A stretch of 64,000 bases of DNA from an uncultured Clostridia bacterium (GTDB taxonomy: Bacteria; Bacillota; Clostridia; TANB77; CAG-508). Of this stretch, positions 9,781-19,824 are shown one piece after another (the stretch's first letter is position 1; each line of letters begins with the position of its first letter). Position numbers and translations under genes: made by a program. The notes below the pieces were generated by a model, which was not told the origin of the DNA, searched no databases, and saw only the letters and a list, made by a program, of their open reading frames with translations. The stretch is from assembly GCA_947594845.1 (NCBI GenBank), contig CANQEI010000003.1, positions 41,010 through 105,009 on the forward strand, given 5' to 3'.

Positions 9781-11541
9781 TTATATTACTTTTTCATCAA
9801 TTTCTTTTTGCACTTTTTGAACAAAGTCTTTTAAAGGCATCTGTCCAATATCTCCTTCTTTTCTCTTTCTTACACCGACTGCTTTTGCTTCTACTTCTTT
9901 ATCTCCAATAATTAACATATAAGGAATTTTTTGAAGTTGTGCTTCTCTTATTTTATAACCTATTTTTTCCTGTCTATCATCTAATTCAACACGAATTCCT
10001 AATTTTTGTAGTTCTTCTTTTACAGAAATTGCATATTCTTTTTGACTATCAGAAATAGGTAAAATTGAAACTTGTACTGGTGAAATCCAAAGTGGAAAAG
10101 CTCCTGCAAAATGTTCTGTTATAATACCAATAAATCTTTCGAAAGAACCAAATAAAGCTCTATGTACAAGTATTGGTGTTTTCTTCTCCCCATTAGAATC
10201 AATATATGAAAGATTAAATCTTAATGGTAATTGGAAGTCAACTTGAACTGTTCCCATTTGCCATTCTCTACCTAAGCAATCCTTCATTTTTATATCAATC
10301 TTCGGACCATAGAATGCTCCATCACCTTCGTTAATTCTATAATTATCTTTACCACACAATTCGTCTAAAACTTCTTTTAAGTTTGCTTCTGCTTTATTCC
10401 ATAATTCTATGTCTCCCATAAAATCTTCTGGTCTTGTAGATAAAGTTAATTCAAAATCTAATCCAAAAATTCCATACAAATATTTAGCAATTTCAATTAT
10501 ATCTTTAATTTCATTTCCAATTTGATCTTCTGCAATAAAGTTATGAGCATCGTCTTGTCTAAACATTCTAACTCTAAATAATCCGTTTAACTGACCTGAT
10601 TTTTCATTTCTATGAATAACATCAATATCATTAAAACGCATTGGTAAATCTTTATAGCTTCTTAATTTTGAAGCAAATATTTTAATTGCATTTGGACAGT
10701 TCATTGGTTTTAAAGCTTGTTCTTTTCCATCTGAATCTGTTAATACAAACATATCTTCTTTATAATGATCCCAGTGACCAGAAATTTTCCATAACTCGCT
10801 ACTGTTTAGTTGAGGTCCTGAAAATTCCATATATCCTCTTTTTTCATGTTCTTTTCTCCAAAAGTCAATTAAAACATTCATCATTTTAAATCCTTTTGGT
10901 AACCAATAAGCCATACCTGGTGCTGTTTCATCAAAGAAAAATAAGTCTAATTCTTTTCCTAATTTCCTATGATCTCTCTTTTTTGCTTCTTCAAGCATAT
11001 TTAAATATTCTTCAAGTTCACTAGCTTTAGGGAAAGATATTCCATAAATTCTTTGAAGCATTTTATTATGCTCATCACCTCTCCAATAAGCACCTGATGA
11101 AGATAACAATTTAACAGCTTTAACACAACCTGTAGATGGCAAATGTGGTCCTCTACATAAGTCTGTGAAATCGCCTTGTTTATAAAAAGATATAACTTCT
11201 CCTTCTGGTAAATCTTTTATCAATTCTACTTTATAAGGCTCTTTTCTTTCTTCCATAAATTTAATAGCTTCATCTCTAGGAAGTTCAAATCTTTCAAGAG
11301 CAAAATCCTCTTTAATGATTTTTTTCATTTCTTCTTCAATTTTAGCCAAATCTTCTTCTGTAAATGGATTCTCAACATCAAAATCATAATAAAATCCATT
11401 TTCAATAGATGGTCCTATAGCTAATTTAGCATTAGGAAACAATCTTTTTACAGCCTGAGCCATAATATGAGACGTCGTATGCCAATACATAGACTCTTCT
11501 ACTTCTTGCGTTTTTCCTCCGCCGAGTTTAATCTTAAACAT
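9781..11541 (-). CDS. thrS: Threonine--tRNA ligase, short form lacking most of the N-terminal TGS domain
   Basis: HTTSHIMAQAVKRLFP...GPSIENGFYYDFD, RDHRKLGKELDLF, class II core and C-terminal anticodon-binding domain. GGGAGG RBS at the 11541 start. A Thr T-box lies upstream. Confidence 0.9.
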   Translation of the reverse strand: MFKIKLGGGKTQEVEESMYWHTTSHIMAQAVKRLFPNAKLAIGPSIENGFYYDFDVENPFTEEDLAKIEEEMKKIIKEDFALERFELPRDEAIKFMEERKEPYKVELIKDLPEGEVISFYKQGDFTDLCRGPHLPSTGCVKAVKLLSSSGAYWRGDEHNKMLQRIYGISFPKASELEEYLNMLEEAKKRDHRKLGKELDLFFFDETAPGMAYWLPKGFKMMNVLIDFWRKEHEKRGYMEFSGPQLNSSELWKISGHWDHYKEDMFVLTDSDGKEQALKPMNCPNAIKIFASKLRSYKDLPMRFNDIDVIHRNEKSGQLNGLFRVRMFRQDDAHNFIAEDQIGNEIKDIIEIAKYLYGIFGLDFELTLSTRPEDFMGDIELWNKAEANLKEVLDELCGKDNYRINEGDGAFYGPKIDIKMKDCLGREWQMGTVQVDFQLPLRFNLSYIDSNGEKKTPILVHRALFGSFERFIGIITEHFAGAFPLWISPVQVSILPISDSQKEYAISVKEELQKLGIRVELDDRQEKIGYKIREAQLQKIPYMLIIGDKEVEAKAVGVRKRKEGDIGQMPLKDFVQKVQKEIDEKVI

Positions 11542-11654
11542 AAGTACCTCCCTTATTCAAAAGCTTACTTTTGAATATTTTATTGGTTTAAATCCATAAC
11601 TTATAAGTTTTTTGTTATTATTTAAAATTTTAAGTTTGCCATGCATTCTCTTTT

Positions 11655-11885
11655 AAATAAACAAAAAACCCTATAAGTCATTTTGGACTTATAGGGGTAA
11701 GTTTCTTCTTACGGTTCCACCCTAATGTTTAACTCATTACCGTTTTAACGCAACTTCTACGCTTTTCTTTCGAAAAGAAACTCCGGGGTAGTTTTTCGAA
11801 AATGTTTATTATGATTAGCTTTCAGCCGGTGACTAATCTTCTCTTTTAACAACCTTTTTTCTACTTTGTCCCTTCACTGTTTACA
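11655..11885 (-). promoter_or_regulatory. T-box riboswitch leader, Thr specifier (ACC)
   Basis: Minus strand contains AACATTAGGGTGGAACCGTAAG (T-box sequence) overlapping the terminator ACCCCTATAAGTCcaaaatGACTTATAGGGTTTTTTG. Stem I segment AGTCACCGGCTGAAAG presents ACC (complement at 11828-11830). Confidence 0.85.
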
Positions 11886-11890
11886 AAATA

Positions 11891-11919
11891 ATTTTAAACT
11901 TTTATTTGAAAATTGTCAA
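11891..11919 (-). promoter_or_regulatory. Sigma-A promoter for the thrS leader
   Basis: Minus strand reads TTGACA-17 nt-TAAAAT. Confidence 0.6.
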
Positions 11920-12113
11920 CTATAAAAAGACAAATTAATATTTAACAAATTCTTTTTACATCTGATTTTCATTACTTTCTCTTGTATGTTTATCAATTTT
12001 AACTAACAATTGTTATTTCTTCCTTGTGTGATTTGGAATTTATTTACATTTGCAATAAGCCATGTTTATGTATATAATGTTGTAGAATAATTACTAAAGA
12101 AAAGGAGTATAAA

Positions 12114-13397
12114 ATGGAAAAAGCGAAAATGCGAAAACATAATATGAAATTATATCCATCATATTACACTCTTTCCTATGATTTCTTATTTTTTTATACT
12201 ATTAATGTTTTATTTCTAATTCAAGTTCAACATTTTAATCCAGCTACAATTGTTCTTGTAGATTCTTTTTATGCTCTATTTTCTTTTTTATTTCAAATTC
12301 CAGCAAATGCAATTATTGAAAAAACTAGTAGAAAAAAAGCTATTATTTTAGGAAATATAATAAATTGTTTATATTTAATAATTTTTATGCTTAGTAAAAA
12401 TGTCGTTACTTTAATTATAGCAGAAATGTTCTGCTCATTTGGATTTGCACTTAAAGATATTGCAGCCCCGAGTTTACTAAACAACTCTATTCCCGCAACT
12501 TTGAAAAAAAGTAAAATTTTTTCTAAAATAAGTGGAAAAGGTCTTTCTAATTATTATATTTTAAATTCCATTTCCATTATAATTTCTGGGTTTTTATTTA
12601 ATATAAATGGATATATACCAATCATACTTTCTTTATTAATAGTTTTTATTGCATTCATATTATCAACTTGTTTTATTGAACCATTAGAATTTCCTGAAGA
12701 AACTAAAAAGTTGAAAAAACCAAAAAAACAAATTAGTACAAAGGATGGTTTTAAATTTATATTAAAATCTGGAAGATTAAAAAGTTTAATATTATTTGGC
12801 GCATTGTTCTCCGGTCTGCATTCTCTACTTGCAAACGTAGAAGTCTCCATGGTTGAAAAGCTTCCTATCTCTCCTACTATTATTGGTATTCTATTTGCTT
12901 CTTTGGAAATTATTTCAGGATTATCTTCTAAAAAGCAAAATAAATTTCATAATTCTTTGAAAAATAAAACTTTATCAGTTTTAGGAATATCACTTAGTTT
13001 AGCCTGTATAATATCAACTATTGGATTTTTCTTGAATTTACCACTGCTATTAACTTTATTAATTATAGCAATATCTTTTGCTATTAATCATTCTTCTATA
13101 GGATTATATTATGTGCTGATTTCAAAATATTTAAGCAATTTTACTAATGAACAAATCGATTCCAAAATATTTGCAGCACACCAATTACTTAATGGCCTTT
13201 CAAAAGTGATTTTAGGAATAATAACTTCAATAATATTAGGATTTCTTGCTCCTTTTGAAACTATGTTCATTATTGGTATTGCTTCTTTAATATTATTTAC
13301 ACTAATAATATTTTATTCAAGAAATAAACTTGGCTTAAAGCCTTCCGAATATGATCAAAGCGAATTACAATATTCTATTATCAAAAATTTTAGATAA
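12114..13397 (+). CDS. MFS-type transporter (about 12 TM segments)
   Basis: Polytopic hydrophobic profile in two halves separated by a charged loop (PEETKKLKKPKKQ). AAAGGAG RBS. Confidence 0.6.
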   Translation: MEKAKMRKHNMKLYPSYYTLSYDFLFFYTINVLFLIQVQHFNPATIVLVDSFYALFSFLFQIPANAIIEKTSRKKAIILGNIINCLYLIIFMLSKNVVTLIIAEMFCSFGFALKDIAAPSLLNNSIPATLKKSKIFSKISGKGLSNYYILNSISIIISGFLFNINGYIPIILSLLIVFIAFILSTCFIEPLEFPEETKKLKKPKKQISTKDGFKFILKSGRLKSLILFGALFSGLHSLLANVEVSMVEKLPISPTIIGILFASLEIISGLSSKKQNKFHNSLKNKTLSVLGISLSLACIISTIGFFLNLPLLLTLLIIAISFAINHSSIGLYYVLISKYLSNFTNEQIDSKIFAAHQLLNGLSKVILGIITSIILGFLAPFETMFIIGIASLILFTLIIFYSRNKLGLKPSEYDQSELQYSIIKNFR

Positions 13398-13434
13398 CCA
13401 AAAAGAGCAGTTGCTACACTGCCCTTTTTAGTTT

Positions 13435-14355
13435 TTATCTTACAGTATCTACTTCTATCTCATTTCCGTCTGAAGTCACAACAATATCTCCGTTAATATC
13501 TGTTCTAAAAATATTTACATTTTGTTTTTTTAGCTTATGAATTACAAAAGAATTTGGATGTGAATAAGGATTATTCTTTCCGCAACTTATCAATGCATAT
13601 TTAGGACTTACCTCTTTTAAAAAATCCATCATCGTTGATGTTACACTTCCATGATGTCCAACTTTTAAAACATCTGCAGATAATTCACACTCTTCTTCAA
13701 CAAGCTTCTTTTCAACTTCACTTTGAGCATCTCCCATAAATAACATCGAAAAATCTTCAAAATGCAATTTTGCGACAAGTGATTTATTATTTACCTTGCA
13801 AGCATCAATTTGTTGTGCTAAAAAATCAACTACAGCACCACCAAGTTGTATGCTCTTAAGATTATTATTTTCATCATATGGATTTTCCATTTTTATATTT
13901 TTGAATTTGAAAATATTATTCATCACTTGTGAAAGCTTAATATCCACATACCAAAAAACTTCTTGAAATGTAGTACAGTACTTTGGATCCATGCAAATTA
14001 TTTTTTTCACATTCATTCTAGCAATTACTCTAGCTGTACCTCCTGCATGATCATTATGATAATGTGTAATAATAAGATAATCAATTGTATCTATTCCAAG
14101 ACTTGAAACATACTTTGTAATAGTCTTTCCAGAAAACATTCCTCCAGTATCAATTAACATCGTATAATCACCTTGAATAATTAAAATTGATTCAGCTTGC
14201 CCTACATCTATCATATGTACTTCTACTTTAGAATCATCATATTCTGTGTCAGACACTTGAAATTTAGATATTGTAATATATCGTAAGATAAAAAATAAGA
14301 TAAGAATTATTAATGTGGTAAAAAGAATTCTTTTCACCCGGGTAGATTTCCGCAT
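13435..14355 (-). CDS. Membrane-anchored MBL-fold hydrolase, ComEC C-terminal-domain-like
   Basis: ITHYHNDHAGG metal motif, KVGHHGS, N-terminal TM anchor. Start chosen at the second ATG (AAAGGAGG RBS). The N-terminus then reads M-R(CGG)-K-S-T-R(CGG)-V. Confidence 0.75.
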   Translation of the reverse strand: MRKSTRVKRILFTTLIILILFFILRYITISKFQVSDTEYDDSKVEVHMIDVGQAESILIIQGDYTMLIDTGGMFSGKTITKYVSSLGIDTIDYLIITHYHNDHAGGTARVIARMNVKKIICMDPKYCTTFQEVFWYVDIKLSQVMNNIFKFKNIKMENPYDENNNLKSIQLGGAVVDFLAQQIDACKVNNKSLVAKLHFEDFSMLFMGDAQSEVEKKLVEEECELSADVLKVGHHGSVTSTMMDFLKEVSPKYALISCGKNNPYSHPNSFVIHKLKKQNVNIFRTDINGDIVVTSDGNEIEVDTVR

Positions 14356-14493
14356 TCGAAAACCTCCTTTCATCTAAGTTACATAATATCTTATCGTAGT
14401 TTTCCTACATCTGTCAAGTTTTTATAATAGTAAAAGGAGCTAAAAATTAATTTTAGCCCCTTTTATTATTAATAATTTTAAATATAAATCATA

Positions 14494-15795
14494 TTAATAT
14501 CCTGGTTTTTCTAGCAATTTAAACATATTCTTTTTGTATTCTTCAACACCTGGTTGATTAAATGGATTTACATCTAAAATCATACCAGACATAGCACATG
14601 CCTTTTCAAAGAAGTAAATTAAGTGTCCAATATTTTCTTCATCTAAAGTATCAATTTTAATCATAATGTTTGGAACATTTCCGCTAACATGTGCTTGTAT
14701 TGTTCCTTCCATAGCTTTTTTATTTACGTAATCTAATGTTTTTCCAACAAGATAATTTAATCCATCAACATTCTCATCATCTTCTGTTATATCAATATCG
14801 CTTTTTGGTGTTTCAACACATAAAACAGTTTCAAATAAATGTCTTTCTCCGTCTTGTATATATTGTCCCATTGAATGCAAATCTGTAGTTAAATCTACAC
14901 CTGCTGGGAAAATTCCTTTTCCATCTTTTCCTTCACTTTCACCATATAGCTGTTTCCACCATTCTGTAAAATAATGTAATTGTGGTTCATAGTTAGCAAG
15001 AATTTCTATTTTTTTACCAGAATTGTATAATAAATTTCTTATAACAGCATATTTATAGCAATCATTGAATTTTACACTTGGATCTAAATATTTTTCTCTA
15101 GCATCTCTAGCTCCTTGCATCAATTTATCTATATCAATTCCAGCTGTAGCAATTGGTAGTAATCCAACAGCTGTCAAAACTGAAAATCTTCCACCAATAT
15201 TGTCAGGAATCACAAATGTTTCATACTGTTCTGAAGTAGCTAAACCTTTTAAAGCTCCTTTTTCCTTATCTGTAGTAACATATATTCTCTTTTTAGCTTC
15301 TTCTAATCCATATTTTGACTCTATTGCTTCTCTTAAAATTCTAAAAGCAATGGCTGGCTCTGTAGTTGTTCCAGATTTAGAAATAACATTTAAAGAAATA
15401 TCTTTTTCTCCAATTAAATTCATTAAATCATTCAAATAATTAGGACTTAAATTGTTTCCTGCATAAATAATCATTGGTGAATTTCTTTTTTTAGAAGGAA
15501 GCATATTATAAAAGCAATCTGTTAAACTTTCAATAACTGCTCTTGCTCCTAAATATGAGCCCCCAATTCCTATAACAATTAAAACATCTGAATCTGAACG
15601 TATTTTTTTAGCAGCCTTTTTTATTCTTTCAAATTCCTCTCTATCATATTTTTCTGGAAGATTAATCCAACCTAAAAATTTATTTTCGTCATCTGGATTT
15701 TCATGCAATAATGCATGATTTTTTTGAACGAATTCTTCATATTCACTAATCATTCGTTCATTTATACTTGAATTTTCAAAATCAAATTTAACCAT
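14494..15795 (-). CDS. pgi: Glucose-6-phosphate isomerase (short Firmicute type)
   Basis: [37 protein letters not shown] and QLYGESEGK motifs. Confidence 0.9.
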   Translation of the reverse strand: MVKFDFENSSINERMISEYEEFVQKNHALLHENPDDENKFLGWINLPEKYDREEFERIKKAAKKIRSDSDVLIVIGIGGSYLGARAVIESLTDCFYNMLPSKKRNSPMIIYAGNNLSPNYLNDLMNLIGEKDISLNVISKSGTTTEPAIAFRILREAIESKYGLEEAKKRIYVTTDKEKGALKGLATSEQYETFVIPDNIGGRFSVLTAVGLLPIATAGIDIDKLMQGARDAREKYLDPSVKFNDCYKYAVIRNLLYNSGKKIEILANYEPQLHYFTEWWKQLYGESEGKDGKGIFPAGVDLTTDLHSMGQYIQDGERHLFETVLCVETPKSDIDITEDDENVDGLNYLVGKTLDYVNKKAMEGTIQAHVSGNVPNIMIKIDTLDEENIGHLIYFFEKACAMSGMILDVNPFNQPGVEEYKKNMFKLLEKPGY

Positions 15796-15869
15796 AAGTT
15801 TCCTCCTTAGTTTTTATTAATATGATTATATTTATAATAATATATTTGTTCAAGTATAATTTTCAAAAT

Positions 15870-16952
15870 TTATATCTGTGAAATAACTTGTGCCAAATAT
15901 TTCATACTTACTAAACATTCTTCCAAAGTATTTCCAGTTGCTCCGACTTCTATAATACAAGCCCCTTTTGTAACATGCTGATTATATCTATACTTCCTAA
16001 ATATAATTGGCTTAAATAATCCTGGATACATTTCATTAGCTTTTTCTTGAATTTTTATAGCAATTTTTAAGTTATCATTCCAGTTAGGATGAGTAAGTCC
16101 TCCCTCATTACTTCCTATAACAAACATTAATTGAGCTGCCTTTTCTTCACCTATCATAACACTAGGTCCATATGTACTATCTCCTAAAGCATCTCTATGT
16201 AAATCAATCACTATGTCTGCACTCGTAGTCTTTAGTAAATTTTGTGCTGTCCTTAAGGATCTATCATATGAACCATTATATTCAGGATAATCATGAAAAG
16301 TAGCATCATGAATCACATTAATACTTTGCTTTTCTAATTCTTTTTTTAATTCTTCACCCACTCTAACTACACTATGTTCTGTGTCTAAAGTTCTAAAATT
16401 TCCACTAGCTTGATATTGATTTGCTTCTGTGGGAGTATAGCTTTCGCTTGTATGCGTATGATAGATAATAATATTACTCTTGTCAAATTCAATATTTGGA
16501 GTCATCATTTCTTCAGTCAATTGAAAACTTGTTTGATTTCTAATTTTAACACTCGAATATGTTACATCAAAAATATCTTTTTTATTGTGTTCTGCAACTA
16601 CTTCTGTAGTAGGAAATTCTTGAAGATTATTATCTTCTTCAATTTCTTGTTGCTCAATATTTTGTTCATCTGAAAATACGCTATCAACATGAAAAGCATT
16701 TTGTATAAAACCAATTTCACTTGATAAAGCATTTTCATTTTTTTGTTCAATAACAGGCTCATCAAAATTTTCATCAATCATTTCTATAAATGTTTTATTT
16801 TCAAAAGAATTTAATCTATTTTCTATAATTTTCTTTAAATCTATTTTTTTAATCTCACTAAAAAATCTAGTAAGAAGTACAATACTAATTATGAGTATCA
16901 TTACTTTTACTAGATTTTTTCCTACATCACTTAATCTAAAAACTCTTATCAT
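15870..16952 (-). CDS. spoIIP: Stage II sporulation protein P
   Basis: N-terminal TM, IIIYHTHTSESY motif, DLHRDA, typical SpoIIP amidase-like domain. Confidence 0.8.
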   Translation of the reverse strand: MIRVFRLSDVGKNLVKVMILIISIVLLTRFFSEIKKIDLKKIIENRLNSFENKTFIEMIDENFDEPVIEQKNENALSSEIGFIQNAFHVDSVFSDEQNIEQQEIEEDNNLQEFPTTEVVAEHNKKDIFDVTYSSVKIRNQTSFQLTEEMMTPNIEFDKSNIIIYHTHTSESYTPTEANQYQASGNFRTLDTEHSVVRVGEELKKELEKQSINVIHDATFHDYPEYNGSYDRSLRTAQNLLKTTSADIVIDLHRDALGDSTYGPSVMIGEEKAAQLMFVIGSNEGGLTHPNWNDNLKIAIKIQEKANEMYPGLFKPIIFRKYRYNQHVTKGACIIEVGATGNTLEECLVSMKYLAQVISQI

Positions 16953-17018
16953 ACTACAACCTCATATATCTTTATAACTAATATATGTATGGTTACTATT
17001 TTTATGATAAAAATTCTT

Positions 17019-18269
17019 TTATTGGCCTAGTTTTTCCTTTATATTTTCACAATTTAATAATATTTCGCTTTCTTCACCAGTTTCCATATTCTTTATCATT
17101 GCTTTTCCGCTTCTTACTTCATCATCTCCAATAGTAATAACAAACTTAGCTCCTTGTTTGTCAGCATACTTAAATTGTGCTTTTATTCCCCTTTGGCATA
17201 TATCTTTTTCTACAAAAATTCCCTCTTCACGTAATTCTTTAACTAATTTTGTTGCATATAAATTAGATTCATCCCCAATATTAGCAACATAAAGATCCAT
17301 TTTTCTTTCTTGGGCAACATCAGGATTATATTTATCAAACAATTCTAAAAGTCTTTCCATTCCCATAGCAAATCCAACAGCTGGTGTATCTTGTCCACCA
17401 ACTTCTTTAACTAATCCATCATATCTACCTCCGCCTAAAACTGTTAAGCCATCATCTTCAGAAATAAATTCAAATACAGTTTTAGTATAATAGTCTAGTC
17501 CTCTTACAATTGTAGAATCAATTTCATAATTTATTCCTAACTCTTTTAATAACTTTTGAACATTTTCAAAGTGTTCTTTACATTCATCACATAAATAGTC
17601 TAATATAGTTGGTGCATTTTGATTCATTTCTTTACACTTTTTTTCTTTACAATCAAGAATTCTCATTGGATTTTTGTCAAATCTTGTTTTACATGTATCG
17701 CAATATTTTTCTAAGTTTGGTCTTATAAAATCTCTTAAAGCTTCTTGATATTTTGCTCTACATTCAGGGCAACCTATACTATTTATATTTAATTTAATAT
17801 TAGGTATACCTAATGCTTTAAAAATCTGTACACCTAAATCAATAACTTCTACATCTGCTAAATAGCTTTGTGTACCTATTACTTCTGTTCCAATTTGTCT
17901 AAATTCTCTTAATCTACCTTTTTGTACATTTTCATATCTGTACATTGCCATTTCATACCACAACTTTAGTGGAGTAGCTAAACTTGCCATTCCATTCTCT
18001 ATATAGCTTCTAACTACACCAGCTGTTCCCTCTGGTCTTAATGTAATACTTCTTCCTCCCTTGTCTTCAAAAGTATACATTTCTTTTTGAACAACATCTG
18101 TAGTTTCTCCTACACCTCTTGAAAATAACTCAGTATTTTCAAAAACTGGTACTCTTATTTCTTTCATACCTGCATTTTCCATTACAGTTTTTATTTTATT
18201 TTCAATATATTGCCATCTATAAATTTCTGAAGGCAATATATCTTTCGTTCCTTTTGGTTTTTGTATCAT
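17019..18269 (-). CDS. hisS: Histidine--tRNA ligase
   Basis: PKGTKDILP, RLWYxxxMYRYENVQKGRLREFxQ, GGGRYD. Start moved to the ATG at 18269 (GGAGGA RBS) just after the upstream stop. Confidence 0.9.
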   Translation of the reverse strand: MIQKPKGTKDILPSEIYRWQYIENKIKTVMENAGMKEIRVPVFENTELFSRGVGETTDVVQKEMYTFEDKGGRSITLRPEGTAGVVRSYIENGMASLATPLKLWYEMAMYRYENVQKGRLREFRQIGTEVIGTQSYLADVEVIDLGVQIFKALGIPNIKLNINSIGCPECRAKYQEALRDFIRPNLEKYCDTCKTRFDKNPMRILDCKEKKCKEMNQNAPTILDYLCDECKEHFENVQKLLKELGINYEIDSTIVRGLDYYTKTVFEFISEDDGLTVLGGGRYDGLVKEVGGQDTPAVGFAMGMERLLELFDKYNPDVAQERKMDLYVANIGDESNLYATKLVKELREEGIFVEKDICQRGIKAQFKYADKQGAKFVITIGDDEVRSGKAMIKNMETGEESEILLNCENIKEKLGQ

Positions 18270-18289
18270 ATTTTTTCCTCCAATTTTAT

Positions 18290-19162
18290 TTAAATCCAAT
18301 TTTTTATTGTATTTATATTAATTTCTTCTTTTTTAGGAAATTGTCCTAAAAACACATCTTTCTTATTTTCGCCATGATAATCACTTCCTGCACTCATAAA
18401 ATATCCTTTTTTACTACATATATTTTTAAGATATTCAACTTGTTCTTCTGTAAAACTGCTATGAGAACATTCAATTCCATCTATATCATAATTATCAAGC
18501 AAATCATTTATAAATTCTTCTTTGTCTTTAGCCCAATCATATAAAAATAAATGTGGTAAAAATACTAATCCTCCACAGTCTTTAATCATTTGAATTGTTT
18601 GCTCTAGTGAAGGGTAATCTCCTTTTTTATCAATATAAAAAGCAGAATTTTTATCTACGCAATATTTTTTTGTAAAAGTCTTAAAATCATTCCATAAATC
18701 TTGTGGAAGTAACTCTTTATTTTCTTCATGACTTTTTATTTCATCATAAATGGCTAAACTTCCCCATATTGAATGCCATTTAATTTCTTCTTTTTCTCTA
18801 ACCTTTAAGTTTAACTTTTTACAAGCATTATACAAAATATCAAAATATTTTTGCTCTATCATCTCTTTTGTTCTTTCCTTATAAAAAGCATTCATTTTTT
18901 CTTGCATTTTATTTATATCAATTTTATATCCTAAAACATCTAGGCTTCTTTCTTTATACATTGATTTTATTTCTATGCCATAAATTATTTTTCCGCTATA
19001 AAATTTAGAAACATCAATATTTTTCAATTCTTCATAAGCTTTACAAGTATCGTGATCTGTAATTGAAATGCACTCTAGTTTCAATTCTTCAGCCTTTTGT
19101 AAAATTTCTTTTGCACTATTAGTTCCATCTGAATATTGAGTATGTATATGCAAATCTATCAT
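18290..19162 (-). CDS. PHP-domain metal-dependent phosphoesterase
   Basis: MIDLHIHTQYSDG start and ITDHDT motif. Confidence 0.7.
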   Translation of the reverse strand: MIDLHIHTQYSDGTNSAKEILQKAEELKLECISITDHDTCKAYEELKNIDVSKFYSGKIIYGIEIKSMYKERSLDVLGYKIDINKMQEKMNAFYKERTKEMIEQKYFDILYNACKKLNLKVREKEEIKWHSIWGSLAIYDEIKSHEENKELLPQDLWNDFKTFTKKYCVDKNSAFYIDKKGDYPSLEQTIQMIKDCGGLVFLPHLFLYDWAKDKEEFINDLLDNYDIDGIECSHSSFTEEQVEYLKNICSKKGYFMSAGSDYHGENKKDVFLGQFPKKEEININTIKNWI

Positions 19163-19812
19163 TAAAAATCCTTCTTTCTAAGTTCAAAATAAATAGGTTT
19201 TTCATCTTTTATCATTGTAGATTTTCCATGTCCAGGATAAATAATAGTATCATCTGGTAAAACTAAAATTCTATTTGTAATTGAATCCATAATTTCTTCC
19301 ATGTTTCCTGTAGGTAAATCAGTTCTGCCCCATGTCCCTGAAAAAATTGTATCACCTGTAAAAATCATTCTTTCTTTTTCACAATATAGGCAAACTCCAC
19401 CTTTGGTATGTCCAGGTGTTGCTATAACTTTAAATTCCAAATCTCCTAAATGTATTAAATCATTGTCATCTATTCTTGAATCAGCTTCAAGCTCTGGATT
19501 TGGAGTTTCCGCATAATATGTTAAGCTAATTGATTCATCATATAATCCATTACTGTCTTCTCTACTTATAAGAATCTTGCCACCTTTTTCAGCTTTAACC
19601 TCACCTATAGCTCCTATATGGTCAGCATGACAATGTGTTATAAATATATATTTTAATTTTGCTTCTAATATATTAAGCATTTCAATGATTTTTTCTGGTT
19701 CAGAACCAGGATCAATAACCATTGTTTCTTTTGTCTTTTCATCTACAACAATATAACAATTCGTAAGTAAGTTTAAATGCTCTACTTTTAACTTTAACTT
19801 TTTTAATATCAT
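19162..19812 (-). CDS. MBL-fold hydrolase (glyoxalase II-like)
   Basis: ITHCHADHIG motif, ATPGHTKGG, ~215 aa. Confidence 0.75.
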   Translation of the reverse strand: MILKKLKLKVEHLNLLTNCYIVVDEKTKETMVIDPGSEPEKIIEMLNILEAKLKYIFITHCHADHIGAIGEVKAEKGGKILISREDSNGLYDESISLTYYAETPNPELEADSRIDDNDLIHLGDLEFKVIATPGHTKGGVCLYCEKERMIFTGDTIFSGTWGRTDLPTGNMEEIMDSITNRILVLPDDTIIYPGHGKSTMIKDEKPIYFELRKKDF

Positions 19813-19824
19813 TTGTATCCCTCT

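Noticed and set aside
14340-14355. Checked whether the two N-terminal CGG codons of the MBL gene also mark frame breaks.
   Set aside because: Skipping the C leads to a stop within six codons. The in-frame reading (MRKSTRVKR then a TM helix) behind a perfect AAAGGAGG RBS is sensible, so CGG seems to be read as Arg here. This is kept as a counter-example in the CGG-A finding.
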